DNA of 62,581 nucleotides from Promethearchaeota archaeon (GCA_048939625.1 JBHLPH010000011.1:1-62581), one strand, 5' to 3'. Numbered from the stretch's first letter, positions 18,390-28,560 are shown. Numbers and translations: made by a program. Notes: generated from the letters alone by a model not told the origin.

Positions 18390-19360
18390 TGTTGGTTTTC
18401 ACTTTGCTGTGCTAGTAGTGCAAATTTTGCGAGAATATGACTTAGTTGTATCTCAGGGTCCGCTCCCTCAACTAGTCTAAATTCGGCTTCTCCAACCATA
18501 TCTATTAGCTGTACTTTCACCAACTCATTGATTCCAAGCTTTAAAACTTCACGATGGATTTGCCGGATAATGTCGGTTCCAGACAATCCTTGCCAAATCA
18601 AGAGATTTCGTAGTTTCTCTTGAGCTTCTAGAAAATTCCCGTTTAGAGCTGATTGGAGCATTTGATTAATATCGGTAGGACGCGCTTTTCCTGTTGTTAT
18701 AAAAACAGCATCAGCATCCACTTGTTTTTGAATGACTGAAGCAGCCTGAAGCACATTGATTGCCCGTCGTAAATCCCCACCAGATACATAGATAATTGCT
18801 TCAGTGCCATCTTTTGATAACTTAACCTGTTCTTGTTTTGCTATATATTGAATTCTTTTAGTAAGTTCGCTTTCTTCTAACCGTGGAAACCGAAATATAG
18901 CACATCGAGACTGTATGGGGTCAATTATCCGGCTTGAATAGTTGCAGATCAAGCAGAACCGACAGCTACTAACAAATCGTTCCATTGTTCGTCGTAGTGC
19001 GTGTTGAGCGTCACGTGTTAAGCTGTCAGCCTCATCTAATGATATGATTTTGAATGGGACATTTCCCAAAGGACGTGTACGAGCAAAGCTTTTCACCCGG
19101 TTTCGAATCACATCAATCCCTCGTTCATCTGAGGCGTTCAATTCAACAAAGTTACCTGCAAAATTGTCTCCATACAATTCATTTGCAAATGCGATGATAG
19201 CCGTTGTTTTTCCAGTGCCTGCAGGACCCGCAAAGAGAAGGTGTGGTAGATCCTGTTCTTCAAGAAATCGTTCTAGGCGATCTGTAATTGGTTTCTGGCC
19301 GATGATATCTTTGAGTTTCTTCGGACGATATTTCTCTGTCCACATCCAATGCTCTGACAT
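18386..19360 (-). CDS. rfcS: Replication factor C small subunit
   Basis: WTEKYRP, GPAGTGKT, ELNASDERGID, DEAD, SRC motif. Confidence 0.97.
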   Translation of the reverse strand: MSEHWMWTEKYRPKKLKDIIGQKPITDRLERFLEEQDLPHLLFAGPAGTGKTTAIIAFANELYGDNFAGNFVELNASDERGIDVIRNRVKSFARTRPLGNVPFKIISLDEADSLTRDAQHALRRTMERFVSSCRFCLICNYSSRIIDPIQSRCAIFRFPRLEESELTKRIQYIAKQEQVKLSKDGTEAIIYVSGGDLRRAINVLQAASVIQKQVDADAVFITTGKARPTDINQMLQSALNGNFLEAQEKLRNLLIWQGLSGTDIIRQIHREVLKLGINELVKVQLIDMVGEAEFRLVEGADPEIQLSHILAKFALLAQQSENQQ

Positions 19361-19437
19361 ATACTAGCTTACCTCGGATTAAGTGTGAGATGCTCTTCGA
19401 TTAAGCTTTCTACAGTACAAGTACTAATTCATATATT

Positions 19438-20544
19438 TCAATGTGAGACAATGCGTTTTGTAGATTTTTTCATTCTTAGGGTGAGAATGGAGCTACTCAC
19501 TGTCAAACAACCTACAACCACTATACTTACTTGATGGAGCAAGGAAAGCCATGCCGTAGGCGTTAAGGGATCAATTGAGTGTGTAAAGGGATTATATGGA
19601 GGACTAGAAATTATTCTGATGAAGAATCTTGAAGGGCTTTGACCTAGTGAGCCCGGAAACTGAATTATTATGAATTCGTTATTTCGGACAGTTTCAATGT
19701 GCTCATGTAAATTAAAGATAAACGATCCATAATTCGTAGTTTGTGTTGTTTCCAGATGAAAATTAGAATCGAGTAGCAACTCAATTGTTGCGTTAGCTAC
19801 ACCTTCTCCAAAGCATCCAACTAATCTTCCCTGAAGAGTATATCCATTTGATGGGTGCCAAAAGATGGGAAGTCCTAAGAAGTGTACTGTTGAGTTTTGT
19901 ATCCATAATTGGACAACACTATCTGTTCCATTATAGTATTCTGAACTTAGGCTTCTAATTGTAAAGATTACATAGGGTTTCGTTGTTTGATTTAGGAGAC
20001 AAGTAAACACCAAGGAACCATTTAGTGATGTAGTTTTTATTGCGAGTATCGTGTCTGAGTCCATTATTAGCTGGACTGTAATGTTGGCTACTGGTTGTGA
20101 ATTCTCATCGGTAACTGTTGTGTAAAAAAGCACGCGCTGCCCAATTCGTATCAGTGAATCTACGGGATAACCTTGATCATCTCTCACTTGGACGTCGTTA
20201 TGAAGCCTACTAAATATGGTCACGGGAATATGGACCATACTAGGAAGAAAATACCTTTCAGGGTCCCCTCGGTATGTAGCATTTAACTGAACGGGACCGA
20301 GTGAATGATTGGTCGGTATTATCCAGACAAACATCGCAAATCCAGTTGTATTGGTGACAGCTTTTCCTAAAAGCGAATTTTGAGTTTCATGGAAAAAAAG
20401 CACGGTGGCGTTGTCAATTGGAATGCCACTTTGGCTTCTCAATTGAACTGAAAGTGAGATAGGTTCACCTCTGAAGCCTCCAATGTGTGGAGATGGTACT
20501 GGAATAGGTGATACGGTGATAGTCGAAAAGAGAATAACAATCAA
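19438..20544 (-). CDS. Secreted, membrane-anchored Ig-like repeat glycoprotein
   Basis: Hydrophobic N-terminus, repeated P(I/V)xNxT(V/I)...TxxxG motifs, many N-x-S/T sequons, C-terminal TM with basic tail. Confidence 0.75.
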   Translation of the reverse strand: MIVILFSTITVSPIPVPSPHIGGFRGEPISLSVQLRSQSGIPIDNATVLFFHETQNSLLGKAVTNTTGFAMFVWIIPTNHSLGPVQLNATYRGDPERYFLPSMVHIPVTIFSRLHNDVQVRDDQGYPVDSLIRIGQRVLFYTTVTDENSQPVANITVQLIMDSDTILAIKTTSLNGSLVFTCLLNQTTKPYVIFTIRSLSSEYYNGTDSVVQLWIQNSTVHFLGLPIFWHPSNGYTLQGRLVGCFGEGVANATIELLLDSNFHLETTQTTNYGSFIFNLHEHIETVRNNEFIIIQFPGSLGQSPSRFFIRIISSPPYNPFTHSIDPLTPTAWLSLLHQVSIVVVGCLTVSSSILTLRMKKSTKRIVSH

Positions 20545-20571
20545 TAAAATACTGATTCAGACCACCTCTGT

Positions 20572-22062
20572 TCATTTCATGGCTGCCTTTCTTACTCTAG
20601 GTCTCGTATCAAATGCAGTGACTCTAGAACCCTCATGTACTGTAGGTTCCTCCCAAACCCAACAACCACTTTCCGAATCAAAGGTGTCAAAGGTTAAAGG
20701 CCAACCACCATTTTCAGGACCACTGATGAACACATCCGATTCGGTATGAATATATTTGCTCAGATAATACCGAATCATGGCAAAGGATCCGGGCGGTAAA
20801 GTGGCATATACAAAGAGCTCCTTTCCGCCGGTATGATATTCAGTTAGTTTTCTCGTCCATGCCTGGGGTAATTCGTTGACGATTCCCAGTAGGCGTGAAT
20901 CATTTTCTTTTATGCGAATTATGACATCTTCTAGCAATCCTATTCTTCTTATGATTGGTTTTGGTTGAAGGACTTCAAGTTCAATCAATCTTGATTTTCG
21001 GCGACTGGCCTGAGATACGCTCATGCCAGCAATAGATGCAAGCTTTTCTAGCTTCATCCGTGCATCTGATGCCAGTAAAGGAATCAATTTCTTATCCTTG
21101 TTGTCTGGAATGTACAATCTATGTGGGTTGGTTTCACCATCGCTTTGGAATTCGGATTGTTGACTCCAATCGGAATTGTGAAGTAAATGGGCTCCGATAA
21201 ACAACTTTCGCCAGTCGATACTCCAGCGTTCTCTTTTTATCTGATAGTGAGTGAACTCAATGGTCTGACCTACATCTTCGACATGATAGAGGGTGTATGT
21301 TGTACCGAAATGGCGGGTAAGGAAACTTGGAAGCTGGGTTATCTGATCCTCGGGTACGACCATGAAATACAGGGCGCGTCTAACATTTCCTGCAAGTTCA
21401 CTATACGAGAGAATATAGGGACTACTAATCGAGGTTTTCGTATCATGGAGTTCAATGAAGATAGGAATCAATCCTAGACGACGGTAGTTTAACTGTGCGG
21501 GGATTCGACAGATGTTCAATCTGCGTAGTCGGTTCCATCGGCTTCGTGTCTTTTTGTAAGAGGTTTTGAGTAATCGTGCTAGCGCAGGTATCGTAATCAT
21601 TGGCATTGTACTAAAAGTCTTGATAATACGAACATCAAGTGGTGACAAAGGGAAAATCGTGAACTTACACAATTCAGTTGCTAATGTCCAGAACTGCTTT
21701 ACTGACAATGGCGTAGTTGTGCATTCTGCAATCGACTGAAGAAGTGGAAGTATGAGCTCAAGGAATCGCCCATCTAATTTGCCATCCCATTCGATGAAAT
21801 CCGCTAATCCCCGGTAGCCACCGGGGGAGAATACTACTTTGAAGGAAGTAAAGGATGAGTCCATGCAACTGCGAAGCCAACCAAGTTTACCTGTAAGTTT
21901 CCCTGCGAAGAATTCTTGGAAATCGTCTCTTATCATCTCTGGTAGAATGGGTGGCAACCAATAATCCAGTATCTGATCTGGCGTCGTGGCTTCAGTATTA
22001 GAAATTTTTTGCCACGGCTTGCATTTCAGTTGTTTAGCTACCAAGTCTAGATTGAGTCGCAT
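20572..22062 (-). CDS. Large Lrp/AsnC-like regulator with two wHTH modules
   Basis: LSPLDVRII...IPALARLLKTSYKKTRSRW...NYRRLGL and DNKDKKLI...DARMKLEKLASIAGMS. Confidence 0.75.
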   Translation of the reverse strand: MRLNLDLVAKQLKCKPWQKISNTEATTPDQILDYWLPPILPEMIRDDFQEFFAGKLTGKLGWLRSCMDSSFTSFKVVFSPGGYRGLADFIEWDGKLDGRFLELILPLLQSIAECTTTPLSVKQFWTLATELCKFTIFPLSPLDVRIIKTFSTMPMITIPALARLLKTSYKKTRSRWNRLRRLNICRIPAQLNYRRLGLIPIFIELHDTKTSISSPYILSYSELAGNVRRALYFMVVPEDQITQLPSFLTRHFGTTYTLYHVEDVGQTIEFTHYQIKRERWSIDWRKLFIGAHLLHNSDWSQQSEFQSDGETNPHRLYIPDNKDKKLIPLLASDARMKLEKLASIAGMSVSQASRRKSRLIELEVLQPKPIIRRIGLLEDVIIRIKENDSRLLGIVNELPQAWTRKLTEYHTGGKELFVYATLPPGSFAMIRYYLSKYIHTESDVFISGPENGGWPLTFDTFDSESGCWVWEEPTVHEGSRVTAFDTRPRVRKAAMK

Positions 22063-22130
22063 AGGCCTACATCAGAAAAATAGCAGCTTTCCTTGAAAAA
22101 CCCCACAAATACCGACGTTTGTAAAGTGAG

Positions 22131-23264
22131 TTAGCTCACTGAACGGAATTCTAAACCGAGTCTTTCTGCATGGTCGTAAGCTTGTTTCATTTCATCTTGT
22201 GAGACTCGAGAAGTGATGTCGGCGTATTTGTCCGGTTGCTTTAGGACCTGCCAAAGGGGGCGATATTGTGCCATGATGTTAACGAGGGCTTTGGGAGTAT
22301 TTTGTGAAATCCAATCGAGGATGGGAATTACGCAACATTGGAGGTGATTTGGAAGAACAAGAACACGAATGATCATTTCATTTGTTCCCTTAAGATAAGC
22401 GGTTTTGATATTTCGTGTAACAACGGGTGTATAGTTGCTGGCGTCAGAGATTCTTTCTGCACATGCATCAGAGAAATACTTGAGGTCTGGAAGCCAAAAA
22501 TCGATGATATCAGTAAGGAGATCAATTGCTTCTTCTGATAGGTACATATTGGAATTCCAAAGTTGGGTAATGTTGAATTGCTGGTGTTTCATCGACCCGA
22601 GTATTGTATGAAGATGAGGCGTGGGTTCGCCTCCAACGTAGTTAATGTTCTTTGCTCCTTGTGATGCTAGTTCATCTGCTATTGAAGCTAATTGTTGGTG
22701 AGAAATTACTCGACCATTTTTTGGGTTACAGGAGATGTCATAATTCTGACAATGGGCACAACGAAAATTACATCCACTGAAAAAAATCGTCCCTGATGGG
22801 ACGAGGGGGGCTTCTTCTCCTGAGTGAAGGAATGCTGATGATACGTAACTGGTGTTATTCACTCTACAATATCCGAGTTGTTTCACACGGTTGGTCTTAC
22901 ATCGGCGCTCACAAAAGGTACAGCTTTCAATAATACGGTTAGCTAGTTGAATTTTAAGGTCTAAAAATGAGGGTGTTGTAGTGTTTTGAACATCAGCTTC
23001 ACCAGTTTCTTTAACTTCTCGAAACAGCTTTTTGAAATCTTTTCGTGCATTATTATGAGATTTCCAGAGGTCTGCCATTGTCATGGTATCTGAGAGATCT
23101 ACTGAAATATTTCGAGCTAAAAGGTAACGTGCTGGTAGCTTTAGATCGATTATGGAACGATATCTTTGTAATCGTTTTCTAATGATATCTTGAGACCATA
23201 CAGTTACAGCATCGTTTCTTGTGAACTTCCACATTTCAATGACCCCGTACAAACGTATCTTCAT
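22131..23264 (-). CDS. PflX-like radical SAM protein
   Basis: CTFCERRC, HSGEEAPLVPSGTIFF, CxxxCxxC (GCNFRCAHCQN), GGEPTP. Confidence 0.92.
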   Translation of the reverse strand: MKIRLYGVIEMWKFTRNDAVTVWSQDIIRKRLQRYRSIIDLKLPARYLLARNISVDLSDTMTMADLWKSHNNARKDFKKLFREVKETGEADVQNTTTPSFLDLKIQLANRIIESCTFCERRCKTNRVKQLGYCRVNNTSYVSSAFLHSGEEAPLVPSGTIFFSGCNFRCAHCQNYDISCNPKNGRVISHQQLASIADELASQGAKNINYVGGEPTPHLHTILGSMKHQQFNITQLWNSNMYLSEEAIDLLTDIIDFWLPDLKYFSDACAERISDASNYTPVVTRNIKTAYLKGTNEMIIRVLVLPNHLQCCVIPILDWISQNTPKALVNIMAQYRPLWQVLKQPDKYADITSRVSQDEMKQAYDHAERLGLEFRSVS

Positions 23265-23336
23265 GAAATTATTAATTCCCTTGCTTTTGTTGAGATGAGT
23301 AATTTTTTGGGAGTTTTTGTAGCTATTCGCAACAAG

Positions 23337-23609
23337 ATGAAGGGTGAAACAGCGATTTTACTTCAAGCTTCACAACTTCAATTTCAAAACCTCTTAGAAC
23401 AGATTACCTACTATCTGATAGTTGGTTGGGGGGTTGTGATTCTTTTTGGGACATTTACTTCGGCCTTACTCATCGCAATTGGATTCATATACTGGTTCAC
23501 TGGTTTTGATTCCAAGAAAGGCAGGAATATGGTTATCGGAGGTATTCTTCTCTTCATTGCCATGCAGTGGCTGGCCTTCAATCCCCCTTGGTTAGTGATT
23601 ATAGGATAA
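23337..23609 (+). CDS. Small membrane protein (weak TrbC/VirB2-pilin-like pattern)
   Basis: Hydrophobic hairpin with a KKGR loop; start uncertain (ORF track 23190, ATG 23337 or ATT 23355). Confidence 0.55.
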   Translation: MKGETAILLQASQLQFQNLLEQITYYLIVGWGVVILFGTFTSALLIAIGFIYWFTGFDSKKGRNMVIGGILLFIAMQWLAFNPPWLVIIG

Positions 23610-23618
23610 AATTTGAAT

Positions 23619-24119
23619 TCAGGGGTTTTCAAGATCTAATGCTATTCTTACCGCTTCTTCACCATTTTCAGCGGTATGAATATCGGCATTGGGAAACAAG
23701 TCCATATGGTTAATTATCATCTCTGTTGCGCCACCTGTTCCTTTCATCAAAATAAGGCGTTTTTCAAGAGCAATAGCGTAACCAATTTCACTTAAGGTTC
23801 CACTCGAACCAGCTAGGCTAATTATAGAATTGCCTGAAATGATATTGATAAAATTCCTTGCATATCCAATCCCAGTGGGCAGTGGTATATCAATAAAGGG
23901 ATTAGCTGCAGATTCGTAGGCTTCGGGTAAAATTCCGACTGTTATACCGTTGGCAGATTTTGCACCTTTTGAGGCTGCTTCCATGACCCCGTTTTTTCCA
24001 CCTGAAATCAAGATTGCTCCGTTTTGAGCAATAACACGACCAATCTCTTCAGCTAAGGTAGTAATTTCTCTAGATACTCTTCCACTACTTCCAATTACAG
24101 TTATACGATTTCTTATGAT
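23619..24119 (-). CDS. TIGR00725/LOG-family Rossmann-fold protein with a probable non-AUG start
   Basis: The frame extends upstream of the called TTG (24011) as RITVIGSS...AEEIGRVIAQNGAILISGG; also GVMEAASKGA, ARN, GTLSEIGYA. Confidence 0.88.
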   Translation of the reverse strand: MIRNRITVIGSSGRVSREITTLAEEIGRVIAQNGAILISGGKNGVMEAASKGAKSANGITVGILPEAYESAANPFIDIPLPTGIGYARNFINIISGNSIISLAGSSGTLSEIGYAIALEKRLILMKGTGGATEMIINHMDLFPNADIHTAENGEEAVRIALDLENP

Positions 24120-24129
24120 GGTGTCCTCC

Positions 24130-26230
24130 TTAACTCAATCCTCTTCTCTTCTTAATTTGTTGAATTATTTCGTCTGCTCGGGTTTCAGGGATAACCTGCC
24201 ACCGAGCAAATTTTGTTTGCCAAATAGCTTTTCCTGCGGTATTAGAGCGTAATGTGTCAGCTAGATCAAAGGATTCTGAAACAGGTAACGATCCCGAGAT
24301 TGAAACCCACTCTTCTTTGAATTTTACGTCTTCTACGTTTCCCCTTTTTGACATAATGACTTTGACAGTCTCTTTCTGAAAGTCGACAGGTACGCTGACC
24401 TCAATATTATATATTGGTTCGAGTAGTGCAGTGCCTGCTTTTCTGAATCCAAGGAAAATCGCTTCGCGCATTAGGGACATAAGTTCGACTCTGCTCCGTT
24501 CAGCTGGTTCAGGGCTCAGTTGAATATCAATAATCTGAATCAAAGTATTTCCTATGGGTTCACCGCACATGGGCCCCCTTTCCATTGCCCAATTGAATCC
24601 TTCAATGATTGACTCTTTCTCACCATGTGGGATTGTCTTATCTGTCAGATTAACAAGGAGATTTCCCCGAGAATCCTTTTGCCATAATGTTTCCTCGACG
24701 AAAGTCTCGCTTGGGATATTCACCGATATGCGCAAAGCGTTCTTTCCATTAGGGCTTTGGTGATATTTTTCTAAAGATACACTTTCTCTTACGGTTTCTC
24801 GATAAAGAACAATGGGATCTGAGGCATAAACAACTATCCCGGTTTTTTCTATATCTTTAACTGCAATTTCTAAGTGCAAAAGACCAAGACCAGAGAGTAA
24901 ATTTTCTCCTGTTTGTTCATTAACTGAGTAGATTAGATTTGGATCACTTTTTGTAATGCTTTCTAGGTAACTGAGTAGTCGAGGTAAATCCTTCGTTCTT
25001 TTGGTTTCAATAGCGATAGTTACTACTGGTTCACTTAGGTAAGTAATTTCTTCAAAAGGTACCATCCCTTCAGGTGGATCTTGTCCTGTTATAGTATCCC
25101 CTGACTGTATCTCTTCGGATCCAATAATGCCGCAAATATTGCCAGCTGTTAAGGAGGGGACGACAACTTGACGAGACCCCATAAATAGGGTAACTCGTTG
25201 TGTTTTGAAAATTGATTTGGATGGGTAATGCCGAACCTGAGTTCCTTTTCGAATGGTGCCTGAAAAAAGCCGACCAACGGCAATCAGTCCATGTTTCGAT
25301 TCAGAAATTACCTTGGTAACACCAATTACCAGTGGGCCTTCTGAATTACAGGAACGAAGAGCTTTGCCTGCTTGAGAAGAAATCTCGCCTTTCCATATAT
25401 CTTTCACACGGTATTCTTGAGCCCGCTTGGGGGATGGCAGATTGCTCGTTATCATGTTCAAGATAGGTTCATGTATAGGTAGAACTTCGCTAAGCTTCTC
25501 AATCTCTTGGTCCTGATAGATTTTGATTATATCATTAAAGTGAAGATTGGCTGTCTGCATTAGGTCAATTGTGAAAGCCCATTTATGGATGGCAGAGCCA
25601 AACGCCACCGTCCCCAGATCGGGATTAACTATCCAAGGTCCATCACTATCATCAGATACAAAGATAATGATTTTGTTTACATCTTGAATTATTTTTGCTA
25701 ATCGTTCCTGGATTTGTTTCGATGATAGTTTTAGTTCACGAATGAGCCGGTCGATTTTATTAATAAAAAGAACGGGTTTTACTCTTTCTTTAATTGCTGA
25801 TCGTATTACACTTTCAGTTTGAGCCATAACACCTTCCACGGCATCTACAACTACAATAGCTCCATCTATAGCTCGTAAGGCACGGGTTACTTTACCACTG
25901 AAATCAACGTGGCCTGGAGTATCAACTAGATTTACCACAAAGTGAGATCCATGATATTCATGGAGAAGAGAGATGTTAGCTGACTTGATGGTGATTGAGG
26001 CGCTTGCGATTTTTCGCAAAAACGTTTCCTCGCCGTTGCTCTTCTTCTAAGTAATCCAATGCACGTGCTTGACCAACAAGATTGTTAGAAAGCATTCCAG
26101 CATTAGCAAGCAGCGAGTCAGTTAACGTAGTCTTTCCATGATCAATATGGGCAATAATCCCAACATTGCGAATATGGTCAGGGTTCTTCATCAATTCCAG
26201 TAATTCTTCTAAGCGTTCTTTTCGAGTCAT
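24130..26230 (-). CDS. Elongation factor 2 paralogue (aEF-2p-like), two exons 26230-26026 and 25994-24130, 689 aa after splicing
   Basis: IRNVGIIAHIDHGKTT, DYLEEEQRRG|ITIKSANIS, DTPGHVDF, NKID, GLLHLE, LLEP, LRSNTAGKA. The diphthamide loop reads LSPEPAERS, without the His. Confidence 0.9.
25995..26025 (-). other. Putative 31-nt bulge-helix-bulge/loop intron in the EF-2 paralogue mRNA
   Basis: GAGG-AA|A-CGTTTTTGCGAAAAATCGCAAGCG-CCTC-AA|T. 4-bp GAGG/CCTC helix with an internal hairpin; excision gives CGA GGA ATC ACC (RGIT). Confidence 0.85.
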
Positions 26231-26348
26231 GCTTCTACTCCAGGTTTTTGGTTCTAAACAAGTCTTGTTAATGTAGGGGTGTGTGACTAGAATTAATTCC
26301 TAAAGTAGCTAAATAATGTGTAGTTTTCTTGAAGGGATCTTGAGCAAA

Positions 26349-28028
26349 TCAAACTAATTCCAAAACTGTTTGTTCAAAAATTAGAACTGTTATCTGAATT
26401 GTTTCAAGAAGGGTGGTTCCTTGTTCTGCGCTGAGGTAAAACTCATGCTGACCTAGTGGATATTCAATTTCAATATCCCATACCAGAGTAGCAAATCCCG
26501 AAGAATTGGTTATTGATACACACCACGTAGTATTTGACACGCATTCTATGAGGCTTATCGATATATTTGATATGGGCTGGAAATCCAAGGTAGTAAGTTG
26601 TATGACATATTCTACATGATCGGGTCGAATTCGGTGAAGGATGGAATCACAAATGAAACGAATATCATGTGTATTTGTCACATTGACATTGATAGTTGTA
26701 ATGTTATATTCAGGAAGTCCATGAAAAATTGCTTTGAACAAAAAATCATTGTCTCCGACGTTTTGGGTCTGCCATTGGAATTGCGCCAGTCCCTCGTAAT
26801 CGAGTTGAACTTGGATTAAAAGAGTCCATGCTGATTGATTATACAAATAGATAGAGCAAGTTTTCGTTGATATTGGAATTAACGATGCGAAATCAACTGC
26901 TTTCAAAGTAAATCCTATAGTATCGCCCAAGGTCGCTTCTGTGCAGTTTGGAGTTAATATTAAAATGGCATCTCGCTGTTCGACCATTATCGGAATTGAA
27001 GTGTTTGTTAAGGAATGATTGTAAGTTATCGCTGATACAGCGAGCACATATTCACCGGCTATTGATGGTGCTTCTATGGCTGTAGAAAAGGTGTTTGATC
27101 CAGTGTAGGCTAAGGTCTTTGTTATATTGCCCAAATGACAGGTTACATTGGCATTTTTGAATTCATGATCGGCTATATCACATTGTAGGGATGCAGATAC
27201 AAGGAGAGAGCTATTTTTCATCAAAGGATAATAGGTCTGAACTGAAGTGGTATTGACCATTACTGACAGACTAATATTTGCTGGGTTAATGTTAAATGAG
27301 ACCGATGAGTTGGCGGTTTTATAATCATCAGAATTTAATGCAAAAACCTTGCAACTGAAGTCTCCTGTTCCCAGGACACTGGAATTGATGGGGTGAGTGA
27401 AATTACCAACTATATCGGTTTGGCTGTTCCAGGATTTTATGGTTTGATTGTTCTGAATAACTGAGATTAACATTGGGTGGTTAGAAACGTCTAGAGACGA
27501 ATTATGTGGATTACTAAGTGCTCCTGAAAGGTTAAGAATCTCATGAAATGTGATTTGCATTGGTTGTGAATAGATTTCGAGAAGTAGATTGCTTCGGTGT
27601 ACAATAAATTGCTGTTGTACTTGGTCTGTCATGGACCCAATTGAATCTTGTACCCATCCTTCGATTTGAATTTCTCCAATTTGACCTGTTTCATTTGGGC
27701 TCCAATCATAAGCTGAGATATCAAAGGCGATTACTTCATGAATGCCAAAACCAGTGTTTGTAAATTCATGGACTATGAGTGGAGAAGGTGTCCCTTGGAC
27801 TCTTATTGAAACGCCTATTGCGCCTATTCCCAAAGGGTCCATTTGATCGTAGTACAAATCATATACAAGATTAGCTTCTAGCTGCTCACCAATTTCCACA
27901 GAGGATTGATTTATGGTTACAGAAACAATCTGAACGAAACAATCCTCTGTTCTTACAAAATTTACTGGTAATGTAAAGGGAAGAACAAGGATTGCTAATA
28001 ACACTAGTCCCATAGGTAAGCGCTTCAT
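26349..28028 (-). CDS. Secreted Ig-like repeat glycoprotein
   Basis: Signal peptide MKRLPMGLVLLAILVLP; beta-rich repeats; numerous N-x-S/T sequons. Confidence 0.75.
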   Translation of the reverse strand: MKRLPMGLVLLAILVLPFTLPVNFVRTEDCFVQIVSVTINQSSVEIGEQLEANLVYDLYYDQMDPLGIGAIGVSIRVQGTPSPLIVHEFTNTGFGIHEVIAFDISAYDWSPNETGQIGEIQIEGWVQDSIGSMTDQVQQQFIVHRSNLLLEIYSQPMQITFHEILNLSGALSNPHNSSLDVSNHPMLISVIQNNQTIKSWNSQTDIVGNFTHPINSSVLGTGDFSCKVFALNSDDYKTANSSVSFNINPANISLSVMVNTTSVQTYYPLMKNSSLLVSASLQCDIADHEFKNANVTCHLGNITKTLAYTGSNTFSTAIEAPSIAGEYVLAVSAITYNHSLTNTSIPIMVEQRDAILILTPNCTEATLGDTIGFTLKAVDFASLIPISTKTCSIYLYNQSAWTLLIQVQLDYEGLAQFQWQTQNVGDNDFLFKAIFHGLPEYNITTINVNVTNTHDIRFICDSILHRIRPDHVEYVIQLTTLDFQPISNISISLIECVSNTTWCVSITNSSGFATLVWDIEIEYPLGQHEFYLSAEQGTTLLETIQITVLIFEQTVLELV

Positions 28029-28158
28029 TCTGCTCTTTTATTTTGAAAGAATAATTAAACCCCAACATTTCCGCGTCTAACCATTAGTTCTATCTTGAAA
28101 TGGGGTTGTGTTTTCAAAAAGGCTTACTTAAGCCATGCACTCTAGATTCGTTGAAAAC

Positions 28159-28548
28159 CTAATCGGTCTTTCGAAAAGTTATGGGCATTCCAGAACGCAA
28201 AGATTCAAAAACATCGCCAAAACTCTCAGTTTTGATTTGACCAATTGGATTAACCTTACCATATGGCGTCATGTTTTCAAAGAACAAACAGATGGCGTCA
28301 CCTTGAGGCCAATAAGCAATATCTCCAGCATTACATGTGGAAACTGCTTTTTCAGATCCCATGCGAATTCTAATTTCAAAGTATAGTTCTTTTTTCCAAA
28401 TGTGTATTCGACTGTTAATGGGAAGTACTTTGAGTATCTTGTCGATAGTCCGTGGGGATAGAACGCTACGTAGTTCAGCTTGTAAAATTACTTTATTGCT
28501 CAGAGCGAATTCTACAGGAATCTGTGAAGAAAACTTAGGAGTGTTCAC
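28159..28548 (-). CDS. Cyclophilin-like fold protein (DUF369 type)
   Basis: SPRT...LPI...WKKELYF...GDIAYWPQGDAICLFF...VNPIG. Confidence 0.85.
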   Translation of the reverse strand: MNTPKFSSQIPVEFALSNKVILQAELRSVLSPRTIDKILKVLPINSRIHIWKKELYFEIRIRMGSEKAVSTCNAGDIAYWPQGDAICLFFENMTPYGKVNPIGQIKTESFGDVFESLRSGMPITFRKTD

Positions 28549-28560
28549 TTGTTTTCCCCA

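Noticed and set aside
20555-20572. CAGA/TCTG mini-hairpin followed by AAT as a second mRNA intron
   Set aside because: It would give a 9-nt intron, which is too short and does not fix the frame.
25976-26230. EF-2 split read as a pseudogene, sequencing indel or ribosomal frameshift
   Set aside because: The break is a structured 31-nt insert whose excision at EndA positions restores RGITI exactly. A frameshift would leave about 10 extra residues in the effector motif, and both halves are otherwise intact.
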